The notes beneath the pieces were generated by a model. That model worked only from the letters and a program-made list of their open reading frames with translations. It was not told where the DNA came from and ran no database searches. Both the position numbers and the translations under genes were made by a program. 47,296 bases of DNA from an uncultured Candidatus Saccharibacteria bacterium (GTDB taxonomy: Bacteria > Patescibacteriota > Minisyncoccia > UBA6257 > UBA11618): the NCBI GenBank assembly GCA_964363475.1, contig CAYIII010000003.1:1-47296 (forward strand), in the 5' to 3' direction. This document shows positions 9,006-18,779 of this stretch, in pieces (positions within the stretch are counted from its first letter, which is position 1; the number at the start of each line of letters is the position of its first letter).

Positions 9006-10013
9006 CTATCGTTTATGAGTCAAGGTTCTCTTATAAACTTCTAAGTGATTAAGAATCAATCCCGTTCCCTTTGCCACGCAGAAAAGCGGGTCTTCCGCAA
9101 CATACACCGCGACTCCCAGCGTTCTTTTGAAAAACTCGTCGCAATGGCGCAATTGAGCTCCCCCGCCGGAAAGCATTATTCCTTTATCCATAATATCTGC
9201 GACCAATTCCGGAGGGGTCTCGCTAAAAACAGTTTGCACGGAAGCCGCGATATCAATTAAATGCGGGTGAAGCGCTTCGGCAATCTCATTGGAATTAATC
9301 ACTATGTCTTTTGGTAATCCTGAAATTAAGTCACGTCCCCTCAATTGAAATTCTAATTTCTCTTTAGTGGGCAATGTTGAACCTATTTCTATTTTTACCG
9401 TTTCCGCCGTTTGTTCTCCAATATACAAAGAATATTTTTTCTTAATCATTTCAATAATAGCTTGGTCAAATTTATTTCCGGCAACTCTTAAACTGTGCCA
9501 AGCCACAATTCCTCCAAGAGAAACTACCGCTACTTCAGCGGTGCCGCCGCCGATATTAATAATCATATTGCCCTCATGATTATTAATGGGAATACCCGCT
9601 CCCAAAGCCGCTAAAATCGGTTCTTTAACTATATAAACTTCTTTAGCGCCGGACTCCCTTACCGTATTCATAATCGCCCTCCTTTCTATTTGCGTGATGC
9701 CAGCCGGAGCCGATATGACAATTTCCGGCCTAAAAACATTAAATGAACCAACTGCTTTTGCAATAAAATATTGCAACATGGCACGTGTTATATAATAGTC
9801 GGCGATAACGCCATCTTTTAAGGGCTTGTAAGCGATAATATCATCGGGAGTGCGGCCTATCATCTCTTTAGCTTCTTTGCCCACGGCTAAAACAGTGTTG
9901 TCGGGAACGCTTAAAGCAACGATTGTCGGTTCGTTAATTATAAAACCGCTGCCCGGAACATAAACAATCGTGTTGGCGGTCCCTAAATCTATTCCAATTT
10001 TACGAATGAACAT
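9006..10013 (-). CDS. Actin homologue MreB (copy 2, paralogue)
   Basis: IGIDLGTANT, NIGGGTAE and SGGGAQLRH motifs. Clearly distinct in sequence from copy 1. Confidence 0.88.
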   Translation of the reverse strand: MFIRKIGIDLGTANTIVYVPGSGFIINEPTIVALSVPDNTVLAVGKEAKEMIGRTPDDIIAYKPLKDGVIADYYITRAMLQYFIAKAVGSFNVFRPEIVISAPAGITQIERRAIMNTVRESGAKEVYIVKEPILAALGAGIPINNHEGNMIINIGGGTAEVAVVSLGGIVAWHSLRVAGNKFDQAIIEMIKKKYSLYIGEQTAETVKIEIGSTLPTKEKLEFQLRGRDLISGLPKDIVINSNEIAEALHPHLIDIAASVQTVFSETPPELVADIMDKGIMLSGGGAQLRHCDEFFKRTLGVAVYVAEDPLFCVAKGTGLILNHLEVYKRTLTHKR

Positions 10014-10019
10014 AAAAAA

Positions 10020-11327
10020 TTACTTTGCTTTTACTCTTTTAATATCCGCGCCTAAACTCTTTAACCTAGTATCAATATTCTCATAACCCCTGTCAATTTC
10101 TTCTATGCCCAAAATAGAGGACTCTCCCTTAGCTATCAGAGCGGCAATAATATTTAACATTCCCGCGCGAAGATCGCGCACTGTTACCTTGTGCCCCTTT
10201 AGTCGTGTGGGACCGTTGATAATGGCGCTGTGATAACAACCCATTCCATTAAAACGACAAGGCAGTTCGCCTAAGCATTTTGAAAAAACTTTAATATTTG
10301 CGCCAAGCGCGTTTAAGTCCTGAACATACCCCAGACGATCATCATAAATAGTCTCATGCAGAACGGACACGCCCCTGGCTTGAGTTAATAACGCCACAAA
10401 GGGCTGTTGCCAATCCGTCATAAAACCGGGATGAGTGTCTGTTTCTAATTCAACTCCGCCCAGCTCTCTTTCTTTCCAAAAAACTATTCCTTTTTTTGTA
10501 ATTTCATATTCGCCGCCAATTCGTCTCACAGCATTTAAAAAAGTTATGAGATGTTCTTGCCGCGCGTCTTCAACTAAAACCTTGCTGTCTGTCGCCAAAG
10601 CCAAACAAGCCCAAGAAACCGCTTCATTGCGGTCAGGTAAAACCGAATGGGTTGTTCCGCGCAATTTTTTAACTCCGTCAATATAAACAGTGCGGTTAGC
10701 GCCCAATTCAATAATCGCCCCCATTTTTTGTAAAAGTTTTATCAGATCCATAATCTCCGGCTCAACGGCGGCATTATAAATAATGGTTCGGCCCTTAGCC
10801 GTAACTCCCGCCAATATCACATTTTCAGTGGCTCCCACACTGGGAAAGGGGAAAGAAATTCTGGCGCCTCTTAAGCCATTAGGGGCCTCTGCTTGATAAC
10901 TATTTTCCGTGGTAATTATTTTCGCGCCCATGCTAGTTAAAGCGTCTATGTGCAAATTAACGGGACGAGGCCCAATTTTGTCGCCCCCCAAAACCGGAAC
11001 TTCGGCTTTGCCGTAACGAGATAAAAGAGGTCCTAGAGTCAATATAGGAATGCGATTTTTTCTGCTTAAAGATAAGACCTGATAGTTCTTGATGGAAGCG
11101 GTTTTAATGGAAAGTTTTTGTCCCTGCAATTTAATTTTGCTTCCTATGGAATGGCAAAGTTCTGCAGTGATTTCGGTGTCGCCGATTCGTGGAAAATTTT
11201 CTAAAATTATTTCTTCATCGGTTAATAAAGAAGCCGCCATCATTTTTGTGGCAGCGTTTTTGGAACCAGCCAAACGAATTTGTCCCTTTAATTTTTTTCC
11301 CCCATTAATGACAAAAGCTTCTTCCAT
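10020..11327 (-). CDS. murA: UDP-N-acetylglucosamine 1-carboxyvinyltransferase
   Basis: N-terminus [21 protein letters not shown]. 435 aa. Inside-out alpha/beta pattern repeated throughout. Confidence 0.92.
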   Translation of the reverse strand: MEEAFVINGGKKLKGQIRLAGSKNAATKMMAASLLTDEEIILENFPRIGDTEITAELCHSIGSKIKLQGQKLSIKTASIKNYQVLSLSRKNRIPILTLGPLLSRYGKAEVPVLGGDKIGPRPVNLHIDALTSMGAKIITTENSYQAEAPNGLRGARISFPFPSVGATENVILAGVTAKGRTIIYNAAVEPEIMDLIKLLQKMGAIIELGANRTVYIDGVKKLRGTTHSVLPDRNEAVSWACLALATDSKVLVEDARQEHLITFLNAVRRIGGEYEITKKGIVFWKERELGGVELETDTHPGFMTDWQQPFVALLTQARGVSVLHETIYDDRLGYVQDLNALGANIKVFSKCLGELPCRFNGMGCYHSAIINGPTRLKGHKVTVRDLRAGMLNIIAALIAKGESSILGIEEIDRGYENIDTRLKSLGADIKRVKAK

Positions 11328-11692
11328 ACGAGAAAGATACTAGCACCCAATAAACCGAAAAACAAATCTCCCGTAGTATCGGACGCGCTGATTTGCATCT
11401 TAAAATTTTTACTTTTTATAAAAATATCCGCTACAAATTCGTGAAATTCCCAAAAAATAGCAAATAAAGCAACCCATCCCAAAATCGTAAAAAATGACTG
11501 GCTTGGCCAATCTAATCTAATAATTAAATAGGAAAAAAACACTGCCAGCCAAAATCCTCCCAAAAGATGGGAAATCTTATCTAATCCGTCATAACGCGAA
11601 TACAAATCGCTGAAAAAAATAATTAAATGAAAAGCCACCAGCACCCATAAAAATACGGCGACCGAATAAACAGATGCTATCTTTTTGCCCAT
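11288..11692 (-). CDS. Small polytopic membrane protein, unknown function
   Basis: 134 aa with about 4 hydrophobic helices. Conserved-looking HLLGG and WEFHEF strings. Overlaps rpsI and murA ends, consistent with co-translation. No family recognised. Confidence 0.4.
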   Translation of the reverse strand: MGKKIASVYSVAVFLWVLVAFHLIIFFSDLYSRYDGLDKISHLLGGFWLAVFFSYLIIRLDWPSQSFFTILGWVALFAIFWEFHEFVADIFIKSKNFKMQISASDTTGDLFFGLLGASIFLVWKKLLSLMGEKN

Positions 11693-12066
11693 TGCGGCGC
11701 GCGACGAGCTTTTTTAAGTCCGTATTTTTTGCGCTCCACCATTCTCGGGTCTCTAGTCAAAAATCCCGCCTGTTTCAACTTTTTCCTAAATTCAATATTT
11801 AAACTTATCAATGCCCTAGCTATTCCATGACGCACCGCTTCCGCTTGCCCCGTCACTCCGCCGCCCCTGACTTTAACTGAAAAACCCATCTTTCTATCTA
11901 AATCAACTAATAATAACGGCGCCTCAACTGACAAGCGATATCTTGGCGCTTTAAAATATTCTTTATAATCCAAACCATTAACAGTAATGCCGGGCTGTTT
12001 AACTAATCTAACGCGAGCTATCGCCGTCTTTCTCGCCCCCTTTGACTCTATATAATCTTTTATCAT
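11677..12066 (-). CDS. rpsI: 30S ribosomal protein S9
   Basis: [19 protein letters not shown] and a C-terminal [12 protein letters not shown]-type tail. Confidence 0.93.
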   Translation of the reverse strand: MIKDYIESKGARKTAIARVRLVKQPGITVNGLDYKEYFKAPRYRLSVEAPLLLVDLDRKMGFSVKVRGGGVTGQAEAVRHGIARALISLNIEFRKKLKQAGFLTRDPRMVERKKYGLKKARRAPQWAKR

Positions 12067-12070
12067 AAAT

Positions 12071-12412
12071 TTATTTTTTAATTATCAAACGATTCATTCT
12101 TTTTTGTCTTAACCAATTTTTAGGCAACATATTATAAACTGCCCATTCCAAAACTCGTTCTGGATGTTTAGTCATCATGTCTTTAAAAGGAATGGTGCGT
12201 AAATGCCCCATATAACCGGTATGATAGTGGTACACTTTTTGTTTTGCTTTTTTACCCGTTAAAACTACTTTAGAGGCGTTCATAACCGTAATTTTATCCT
12301 TGCCTTCTAATCGAGGATTATAATCGGCCCTATGTTTGCCCTGTAAAATCACGGCGATTTTTGAAGCCAATCTGCCTAATTTTTGATTTGTCGCATCTAG
12401 AATGTGTTCCAT
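12071..12412 (-). CDS. rplM: 50S ribosomal protein L13 (short)
   Basis: [22 protein letters not shown] and YHYHTGYMG motifs. 113 aa. Confidence 0.9.
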   Translation of the reverse strand: MEHILDATNQKLGRLASKIAVILQGKHRADYNPRLEGKDKITVMNASKVVLTGKKAKQKVYHYHTGYMGHLRTIPFKDMMTKHPERVLEWAVYNMLPKNWLRQKRMNRLIIKK

Positions 12413-12424
12413 TTTAGTTCGCTT

Positions 12425-12760
12425 TTATACAAATTCTATAATTGCCGTTTTTGCTCCGTCTCTTTTTCTATTTTTGCCTTGCTTGATAATTCTTAAATAA
12501 CCGCCGGCCCTCTCTTTATATTTAGGAGCAATAGTATAAAACAACTTCTGCGCAGTATCTTTATTGGACAAACGAGATATTAGTATTCTTAAATTATGCA
12601 ACTGTTGTTTTTTTGCAATCGTAACCAAGCGCTCCACGAAAGGACGAATTCCTTTGGCTCGAGTCTCCGTAGTCAAAATCTTTTCTCGGACTATCAGATT
12701 GTTTGCTAAATTTTTTAAAAAAGAGCGGCGAGGCCCCTTTTTTCTGTGAAACTTACGCAT
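12425..12760 (-). CDS. rplQ: 50S ribosomal protein L17
   Basis: LANNLIVREKILTTETRAKGIRPFVERL. Follows rpoA as in the canonical alpha operon. Confidence 0.9.
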   Translation of the reverse strand: MRKFHRKKGPRRSFLKNLANNLIVREKILTTETRAKGIRPFVERLVTIAKKQQLHNLRILISRLSNKDTAQKLFYTIAPKYKERAGGYLRIIKQGKNRKRDGAKTAIIEFV

Positions 12761-13518
12761 TATTTTTTCTTGCTTTTACTCTTTTTTCCGCCTTCCTTGC
12801 CTTCTTTGCTAAAATCAATTTCTTTTACTTCTATCTGAGATATTTTAGTAAAATGGTCTTGTAAAATATTACTGGCTTTCCTCAAGGCTGCTGACGGCGA
12901 AATATTGCCGTTGGTCTGAATAATTAATCTTAATTTATTATAATCGGTACGGTCGCCGACACGCATATTTTCCACTTCAAAATTTACTTTAACAACAGGA
13001 GAAAAAATAGCGTCAAGAGCGATAACTCCTATCGGTAACTTTTCCGACTTCACTGATTCCGTCGCCACATAACCCAAGCCGCGTTCAACGGTTAACTCCA
13101 TATCCAACTCCGAATCCTTGGCAGTCAAGGTCGCGATATGCGCGTCCGAGTTTATAACTTCAACTTGAGAATTGGTTTCAATATCGCCCGCCGTCACCTC
13201 TTTTTCGCCTTTTACTTTTAATCTTAATACCTGGGGCTCATCGGTATACGCCCTAAAACAAATCGCCTTTAAATTTAATGATATTTCCACAACATCTTCG
13301 GCAACGCCCGGAACAGTGGTAAATTCATGGTTTGTTCCTTTAATTTTTACTCTGGTGATAGCGGCTCCCGGCAAAGAGGACAATAAGACGCGGCGCAAGG
13401 AATTTCCCAAAGTTAAACCGTATCCCGTATATAAACCCTCAATCTCAAAGACACCGTCCTTGTTGTCTTCCGATATGGTCTTAATAGCTACCGTTTCACT
13501 TAAATAAGCAAATTTCAT
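12760..13518 (-). CDS. rpoA: DNA-directed RNA polymerase alpha subunit, N-terminal domain only (no alpha-CTD)
   Basis: GYGLTLGNSLRRVLLSSLPGAAI is typical of the alpha-NTD. The ORF stops at 252 aa with a Lys/Glu-rich tail, and its stop abuts the rplQ start. Confidence 0.9.
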   Translation of the reverse strand: MKFAYLSETVAIKTISEDNKDGVFEIEGLYTGYGLTLGNSLRRVLLSSLPGAAITRVKIKGTNHEFTTVPGVAEDVVEISLNLKAICFRAYTDEPQVLRLKVKGEKEVTAGDIETNSQVEVINSDAHIATLTAKDSELDMELTVERGLGYVATESVKSEKLPIGVIALDAIFSPVVKVNFEVENMRVGDRTDYNKLRLIIQTNGNISPSAALRKASNILQDHFTKISQIEVKEIDFSKEGKEGGKKSKSKKK

Positions 13519-13536
13519 AGTTTTTAATCTCTACCA

Positions 13537-14151
13537 TTACTTGGAATAGTAGTCAATAACCAGATTGACGTCAAAAAACGCCTCCACGTCTTTGGGTAGA
13601 GAAATAACTTTCCCCTCCAGCTTCTCTCCGTCTAAATATAACCAAACCGGCGGTTCTGTTTTTTTTATATTCACAGCCAAATCCTTCAACACAATATGGT
13701 CTTTTGATTGGGGTCTGATAGTAATAATATCGCCTACCTTAACTCTATACGATGGAATGGTCACTTTTTTATTATTTACTAAAAAATGGCCGTGGCCCAC
13801 CATCTGCCTACCCACTGACCGAGAGGGAACAAAGCCCAATCGATAAACTAAATTGTCCAATCGCATTTCTAAATAATTTAAAATCATTGGTCCGGTAATT
13901 CCCGGATTTTTAGCGGCCTCTGAAACAATTCTTTGCATTTGGGATTCTCTTAAACCATAAATGGCTTTTATTTTTTGTTTCTCCTGTAATTGCTGTTTAA
14001 ATTCGGAAGGAGCGCCGGAACGCCTTTTTCCATGAGCGCCCGGACGATACGGCTTTCTCATCATCGCGCATTTAATAGAATTACAACGCTCGCCCTTAAG
14101 AAAAAGTTTTACTCCCAACGCTCTTTCTTTTTTTTCCTTTGTATTGAACAT
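13537..14151 (-). CDS. rpsD: 30S ribosomal protein S4
   Basis: YGLRESQ, RLDNLVYRLGF and the S4 RNA-binding domain (GHFLVNNKKVTIPSYRVKVGD). Confidence 0.93.
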   Translation of the reverse strand: MFNTKEKKERALGVKLFLKGERCNSIKCAMMRKPYRPGAHGKRRSGAPSEFKQQLQEKQKIKAIYGLRESQMQRIVSEAAKNPGITGPMILNYLEMRLDNLVYRLGFVPSRSVGRQMVGHGHFLVNNKKVTIPSYRVKVGDIITIRPQSKDHIVLKDLAVNIKKTEPPVWLYLDGEKLEGKVISLPKDVEAFFDVNLVIDYYSK

Positions 14152-14153
14152 AT

Positions 14154-14621
14154 TTAAACTCTTCTAATTTTTGGCGGCCGGGGGCCGTTATGCGGAATAG
14201 GGGTCATGTCAGTAATAGATAGCACATTAAATCCTTGATTGATTAAAGAACGCACGGCGGAATCGCGACCGCCGCCGACGCCGCTAATTAAAACGGACAC
14301 ATCGGTCAGACCGGATTTTTTCAATTTTTCCGTTAGCGTGGCTATTATTTTAGAAGCGGCAAAGGGAGTGGCCTTTTTAGGCCCAGAAAAACCCAAAGCG
14401 CCGGCTGAAGCCCAGGCCATAACATTCCCCTTATCATCGGTAATTGTAACGATTGTATTGTTATAAGTGGCTTTAATATACACCCTGCCCCTTCCTATTT
14501 TTTTACTTCTTGAAGAAGCGCCCTCTCCTCCTGCCTTAACAACCGCGTTTTCAACCGCTTCATTTTCTTTAATAGATTGTTGGGCGGTTTTTTCAACTTG
14601 AATAATTTTTTTCTTTCCCAT
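14154..14621 (-). CDS. rpsK: 30S ribosomal protein S11 (with N-terminal extension)
   Basis: VYIKATYNNTIVTITDDKGNV...SAGALGFSGPKKATPFAA motif. Confidence 0.93.
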   Translation of the reverse strand: MGKKKIIQVEKTAQQSIKENEAVENAVVKAGGEGASSRSKKIGRGRVYIKATYNNTIVTITDDKGNVMAWASAGALGFSGPKKATPFAASKIIATLTEKLKKSGLTDVSVLISGVGGGRDSAVRSLINQGFNVLSITDMTPIPHNGPRPPKIRRV

Positions 14622-14628
14622 ATAGATT

Positions 14629-15012
14629 CTATCTTAATTCAACTTTTCTTTTACCACTGCCGGCAGTTTTACGAACATTGCCCCTGATAGTTCTGGAATT
14701 GGTTTTAGTCCTTTGACCGCGCGCCGGCAGATGCCTCATATGCCGAGTTCCTTTATAGGACTGCATTTCTTTCATTAAATTAATATTCTGTTTTATAATC
14801 TGCCTCAATTCCCCCTCAACTTTATAATGTTTTTCTATAAAACTTTTAATCATATTTATTTCTTGGGCATTTAAATCCTTGACGCGTTTATCTGGACTTA
14901 TTTTAACGGCCTCAAGAATTTTCTTGGAAAGACCGTGACCAATGCCATAAAAATATGTTAAAGCAATTTCTGTTCGTTTATTGTCCGGCACATTAATACC
15001 CAATAATCTCAT
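14629..15012 (-). CDS. rpsM: 30S ribosomal protein S13
   Basis: MRLLGINVPDNKRTEIALTYFYGIG and a basic C-terminal tail. Confidence 0.93.
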   Translation of the reverse strand: MRLLGINVPDNKRTEIALTYFYGIGHGLSKKILEAVKISPDKRVKDLNAQEINMIKSFIEKHYKVEGELRQIIKQNINLMKEMQSYKGTRHMRHLPARGQRTKTNSRTIRGNVRKTAGSGKRKVELR

Positions 15013-15015
15013 AAA

Positions 15016-15129
15016 TTAACCTTGTCTTTGTTTATGTTTGGCAATTTTGCAAATAACATAAACCCGCCCCTGACGACGGACTGTTTTGCAACTATTACAA
15101 ATTTTTTTGACAGACGACCTAACTTTCAT
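15016..15129 (-). CDS. rpmJ: 50S ribosomal protein L36 (not in the supplied ORF track because it is under 60 aa)
   Basis: Hand translation of the minus strand gives [37 protein letters not shown] (37 aa), the L36 C-x2-C...C zinc-ribbon pattern. Canonical position between infA and rpsM. Confidence 0.85.
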   Translation of the reverse strand: MKVRSSVKKICNSCKTVRRQGRVYVICKIAKHKQRQG

Positions 15130-15137
15130 AAATAAAA

Positions 15138-15368
15138 TTAAATTCTCCGAATGATTCTTCCTCGAGTCGCGTCGTAAGGACTCATCTCAACAATTACTCT
15201 GTCGCCGGGTAAAATTTTAATGTGGTTTAATCTCATCTTTCCTGATAAATACCCCAATATTTCTACGCCGTCTTGCAATTCAATTCTAAAAGTGGTTGCC
15301 GGCAATGCCTCCACTACCACTCCCTCAATCTTCTTGCCCGAGTTATTAACACTCATCGAGTATTGCAA
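15138..15368 (-). CDS. infA: Translation initiation factor IF-1
   Basis: S1-like OB fold string [19 protein letters not shown]...[24 protein letters not shown]. Confidence 0.9.
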   Translation of the reverse strand: MQYSMSVNNSGKKIEGVVVEALPATTFRIELQDGVEILGYLSGKMRLNHIKILPGDRVIVEMSPYDATRGRIIRRI

Positions 15369-15403
15369 GATGCTAGCATATTAACAATATAAAGACAAGG
15401 CCA

Positions 15404-16897
15404 TTATTTAACCTCAATTTTAACCCTAGCGGAATTAGCGTCTTCAGGAACGGACTTCACGTAAAACGGCCAAAGAGTTACCGAAGCGCTTGCCAAGCCC
15501 GGCAGAGTGGAAATTGTGGTTTTTAAATCAATTTCCGATTTACCCGCTATTTTTCTACGAAAATCATTTACATCAATTGGCCTCTCAACCACCGCCTTAA
15601 AATCAATTGGCAAGCTGATTGCGTCATTTTTAAAATCGGCATTAGCAATACCATACTTTAAATCATTATTCTTGAATATGAAGTCCTGACCCTTGTCTGA
15701 TTTCATTTTATCAGTCATAAAAACTAAAACATCTTTTTCTTTAAAGCCGATGACTTTCATTTCGCCCTCAGCTATGATGGAAAATTCGTTATTTTGATTT
15801 ACATTCGGGTCGGCTTCAGTTTTTAAAAGAGTGAATTTTTTGGAGCCTTCAACCATCTTAAAATTAGGCGGTAGTTGAGAGGCCAGCTGACTGTTAATTG
15901 AATCCTCTAAAACTTCGGCAATTTTATTTTTTGCGGTCTTAATATCAGCGTCATTTGGATAAGCCATTGCTCCGGAATATCCTCCTTTTAACGGTTCTTT
16001 GATTTCTCCATAAAAAGCCGCGTATTTAGGCGTCCCCTTAAATCCAGGAATTTTCAAATCAGACGCGGAAGCAATATTGAATTCAGCGCCGGGTTTATCA
16101 GCGACAATATCGGCTTCAATGGAAGAAGAAGTAATTTTGCCGTCAACAATTTTAGCTCCCGGCACCACTATGTCTTTCACCAAACGCAAAATTTTATCAT
16201 CATTGGTAATAAATCTTGTGGTAGCCACTAGCTTTTGCGGTTCGGAACTGTAACCATTATAAACAATTAATTTCCCGCTGGCTTTTTTATTGACAACTTT
16301 TTTCCCAGTAGCCGGAAAAGCCATTTGAGCATTTTTCTTTTGAGAAAAAGTCTCCGAAGGAATATCGCCGTCTTTTTTTACGGAAACCAAATCGTTAAAA
16401 GACCAATCAGATTTTTGAGTAATAATTTGAATCGTGGCGCTCGGTAAAACATTGGTAGCCACCCAAAAAGATGGAACCCCGAATAAGAATAAAAAGAGCG
16501 CGCTGATGAAGTATTTTTTTCTAAAAAAGAATCTTCTTTTCTTTTTTTCACTGACCAAAACCGCATTATTTTCACCGTCGCCGCCATCCAACTCCGGAAA
16601 TATTCTTTCTTCGGTATCTTGCCATTTTTTAGGCCTATTTTGAGCAAAAAATGGATTTGATGCTTCTAAATCAACGGCCTTAGCTAGCTTAACCACTCTC
16701 TCGTCAACCGATTCAACGGCTACTTTTTTATCAGTGGCCTCGCTTAATTTTTTCAAAACCTTAAAATTACTTTCCACTTCAGCTAATTTTGAAAAATTGG
16801 GGACAATCAAGGTTATAATATCAGATTCGCTATTAACAATTTGGTCAACAATATCTTTTAAAGAATCACTTTTGTTGAGATGAATTTTTTTGGACAT
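15404..16897 (-). CDS. Single-pass membrane protein with a large extracytoplasmic domain, unknown function
   Basis: 497 aa. Cytoplasmic N-domain, one TM (FISALFLFLFGVPSFWVATNVL), then a beta-rich region. Occupies the slot upstream of infA. No confident family; it weakly resembles proteins I recall labelled baseplate-J-like in small-genome bacteria, from memory only. Confidence 0.45.
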   Translation of the reverse strand: MSKKIHLNKSDSLKDIVDQIVNSESDIITLIVPNFSKLAEVESNFKVLKKLSEATDKKVAVESVDERVVKLAKAVDLEASNPFFAQNRPKKWQDTEERIFPELDGGDGENNAVLVSEKKKRRFFFRKKYFISALFLFLFGVPSFWVATNVLPSATIQIITQKSDWSFNDLVSVKKDGDIPSETFSQKKNAQMAFPATGKKVVNKKASGKLIVYNGYSSEPQKLVATTRFITNDDKILRLVKDIVVPGAKIVDGKITSSSIEADIVADKPGAEFNIASASDLKIPGFKGTPKYAAFYGEIKEPLKGGYSGAMAYPNDADIKTAKNKIAEVLEDSINSQLASQLPPNFKMVEGSKKFTLLKTEADPNVNQNNEFSIIAEGEMKVIGFKEKDVLVFMTDKMKSDKGQDFIFKNNDLKYGIANADFKNDAISLPIDFKAVVERPIDVNDFRRKIAGKSEIDLKTTISTLPGLASASVTLWPFYVKSVPEDANSARVKIEVK

Positions 16898-16900
16898 AGC

Positions 16901-17905
16901 TTACGCAATTATTTTAACACGAGAAATATTTTTTTTCACGGCATCTATTATGGATTTCTTTCCCATTCCATATTTTTCTATCAACTCTTCCGGTTTTCCC
17001 GATTCACCAAAAGTATCTTGCATACCAACAAACTCCATCGGCACCGGATGATGTTTTGTTAAAAATTCTGCCACAGCTCCGCCCAATCCCCCGACCACCT
17101 GATGTTCTTCAACCGTAATGACAGCTCCGCATTTTTTGCTTAAATTTAAAATTAATTTTTCATCAAGCGGTTTGATTGTGTGGCAATTCAAAACAATCGT
17201 TCCGATTTTATTCTTTTCTAAATCCAAAGCGGCTATCAAGCAGTTGTGCAATAACGGACCGCATCCAATTATTAAAACTCTTGGTTTATCCGATTCCCAT
17301 AGTATTTCGGCTTTTCCCGGAATAAAAGGCGTTTCTTCCGTCGTAAAAACGGGACTTTTTTCCCGAGCCAAACGAATGTAACATGGTCCCCAAATTTTGG
17401 CGGCTGCAACCGTGGCTTTTTTTGCCTCAATAGCGTCGCAAGGCACAAAAACTTTCATATTGGGCATAACTCTCATAATAGCTATGTCTTCGGTCATTTG
17501 ATGAGTGGCGCCGTCGGGACCAACGGAGACCCCCGCGTGCGAGCCAATAATTTTTACATTAGAATCATTATAAGCAATAGTGGTGCGAATCTGTTCCCAA
17601 TTTCTTCCGGGAGAAAAAGTCGCGTAAGAAGAAATAAAAGGAATTTTTCCGTTAACGCCTAAACCCGCAGCCACTGCCGCCATGTTTTGTTCGGCCACCC
17701 CTATTTCAAAAAATCTTTCGGGAAATTTTTCCTGAAATTTATAAGAGCGGGTTGATTCGCTTAAATCGGCGCACAAAACCACAACATTGGAGTCCCTTTC
17801 TCCGGCGATAACTAAACCGTCGCCGTAACCGTCGCGGGTCGGCTTCTGTTCTAATTGGCCATTAAATAATTTTGACTCTAATTTTGCCGATAAATTTAAT
17901 GACAT
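16901..17905 (-). CDS. Transketolase, C-terminal (pyrimidine-binding) subunit
   Basis: EIGVAEQNMAAVAAGL and GPDGATHQMTEDIAIMR motifs. Paired with the N-terminal subunit gene immediately upstream. Confidence 0.9.
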   Translation of the reverse strand: MSLNLSAKLESKLFNGQLEQKPTRDGYGDGLVIAGERDSNVVVLCADLSESTRSYKFQEKFPERFFEIGVAEQNMAAVAAGLGVNGKIPFISSYATFSPGRNWEQIRTTIAYNDSNVKIIGSHAGVSVGPDGATHQMTEDIAIMRVMPNMKVFVPCDAIEAKKATVAAAKIWGPCYIRLAREKSPVFTTEETPFIPGKAEILWESDKPRVLIIGCGPLLHNCLIAALDLEKNKIGTIVLNCHTIKPLDEKLILNLSKKCGAVITVEEHQVVGGLGGAVAEFLTKHHPVPMEFVGMQDTFGESGKPEELIEKYGMGKKSIIDAVKKNISRVKIIA

Positions 17906-17907
17906 TT

Positions 17908-18768
17908 TTATTGATGCTCGCTTTTTATTTTACCCCTCAAGGTTCTTAGTTCGTTTAATGACTTTTTGGCTTCTTCTTTATTAAAGGACTTGCTATGCCA
18001 CAAATAATCAAACTCCATAAAGTCCACTCCCTTGCCCGGTATCGTATGGGCAATAATCACAGTTGGTTTTTCATAAATTGCCTTGGCCTCAAAAACAGCG
18101 TCCACAAATTGTTGTATGTTATGACCGTCAACTTCAATCACATGCCAATTAAACGATTCATATTTATCTCTTAAGGACTCCAACGGCATAATATTTTCCG
18201 TCATACCGTCAATTTGAATATTATTTCTATCAATAATCGCGGTTAGATTATTTAATTTATATTTAGCGGCAAACATCACCGCCTCCCATGTATTGCCGGC
18301 GTCCTGCTCGCCATCGGACATAATACAATATATTTGGTATTTTTTATTATCTAATCTTCCCGCTAAAGATATGCCGCAGGCCTGAGACAAACCAGACCCC
18401 AACGGGCCGGATGTTGTTTCGCTACCAGGCAAAACCGTCCGATGAGGATGGCCCTGCAAACGCGTTCCCAGTTTTCTTAAAGTTTTTAATTCTTCTTTTG
18501 AAAAATAACCGGCATGAGCCATAGTCGCGTAACGAATGGGGCAAATATGACCATTAGACAAAACAAGACGGTCGCGATCAAGCCAATCGGGCTTTTTAGG
18601 ATTATGATTTAAAATATGGAAATAGAGGGCGGTAAAAATATCAGCCATCCCAAGAGGCCCGGCCACATGACCAGAACCGGCATTAATGACCATTTCAATG
18701 GTGTCATATCTGATTTCCGCCGCTTTTTCTTCTAATTGTTTTAATTTTTTTTCGTGAAGTCTTTCCAT
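17908..18768 (-). CDS. Transketolase, N-terminal (ThDP-binding) subunit
   Basis: GSGHVAGPLGMADI, LSNGH and CIMSDGEQDAGNTWEA (GDG-type ThDP motif variant). Confidence 0.9.
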   Translation of the reverse strand: MERLHEKKLKQLEEKAAEIRYDTIEMVINAGSGHVAGPLGMADIFTALYFHILNHNPKKPDWLDRDRLVLSNGHICPIRYATMAHAGYFSKEELKTLRKLGTRLQGHPHRTVLPGSETTSGPLGSGLSQACGISLAGRLDNKKYQIYCIMSDGEQDAGNTWEAVMFAAKYKLNNLTAIIDRNNIQIDGMTENIMPLESLRDKYESFNWHVIEVDGHNIQQFVDAVFEAKAIYEKPTVIIAHTIPGKGVDFMEFDYLWHSKSFNKEEAKKSLNELRTLRGKIKSEHQ

Positions 18769-18779
18769 TACCTATATTT

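Noticed and set aside
16901-18768. Transketolase split into two ORFs, possibly a frameshifted pseudogene.
   Set aside because: The two ORFs are separated by 2 nt and each has its own start. They correspond exactly to the N-terminal ThDP and C-terminal Pyr/TKC halves. Two-gene transketolases are a known normal arrangement.
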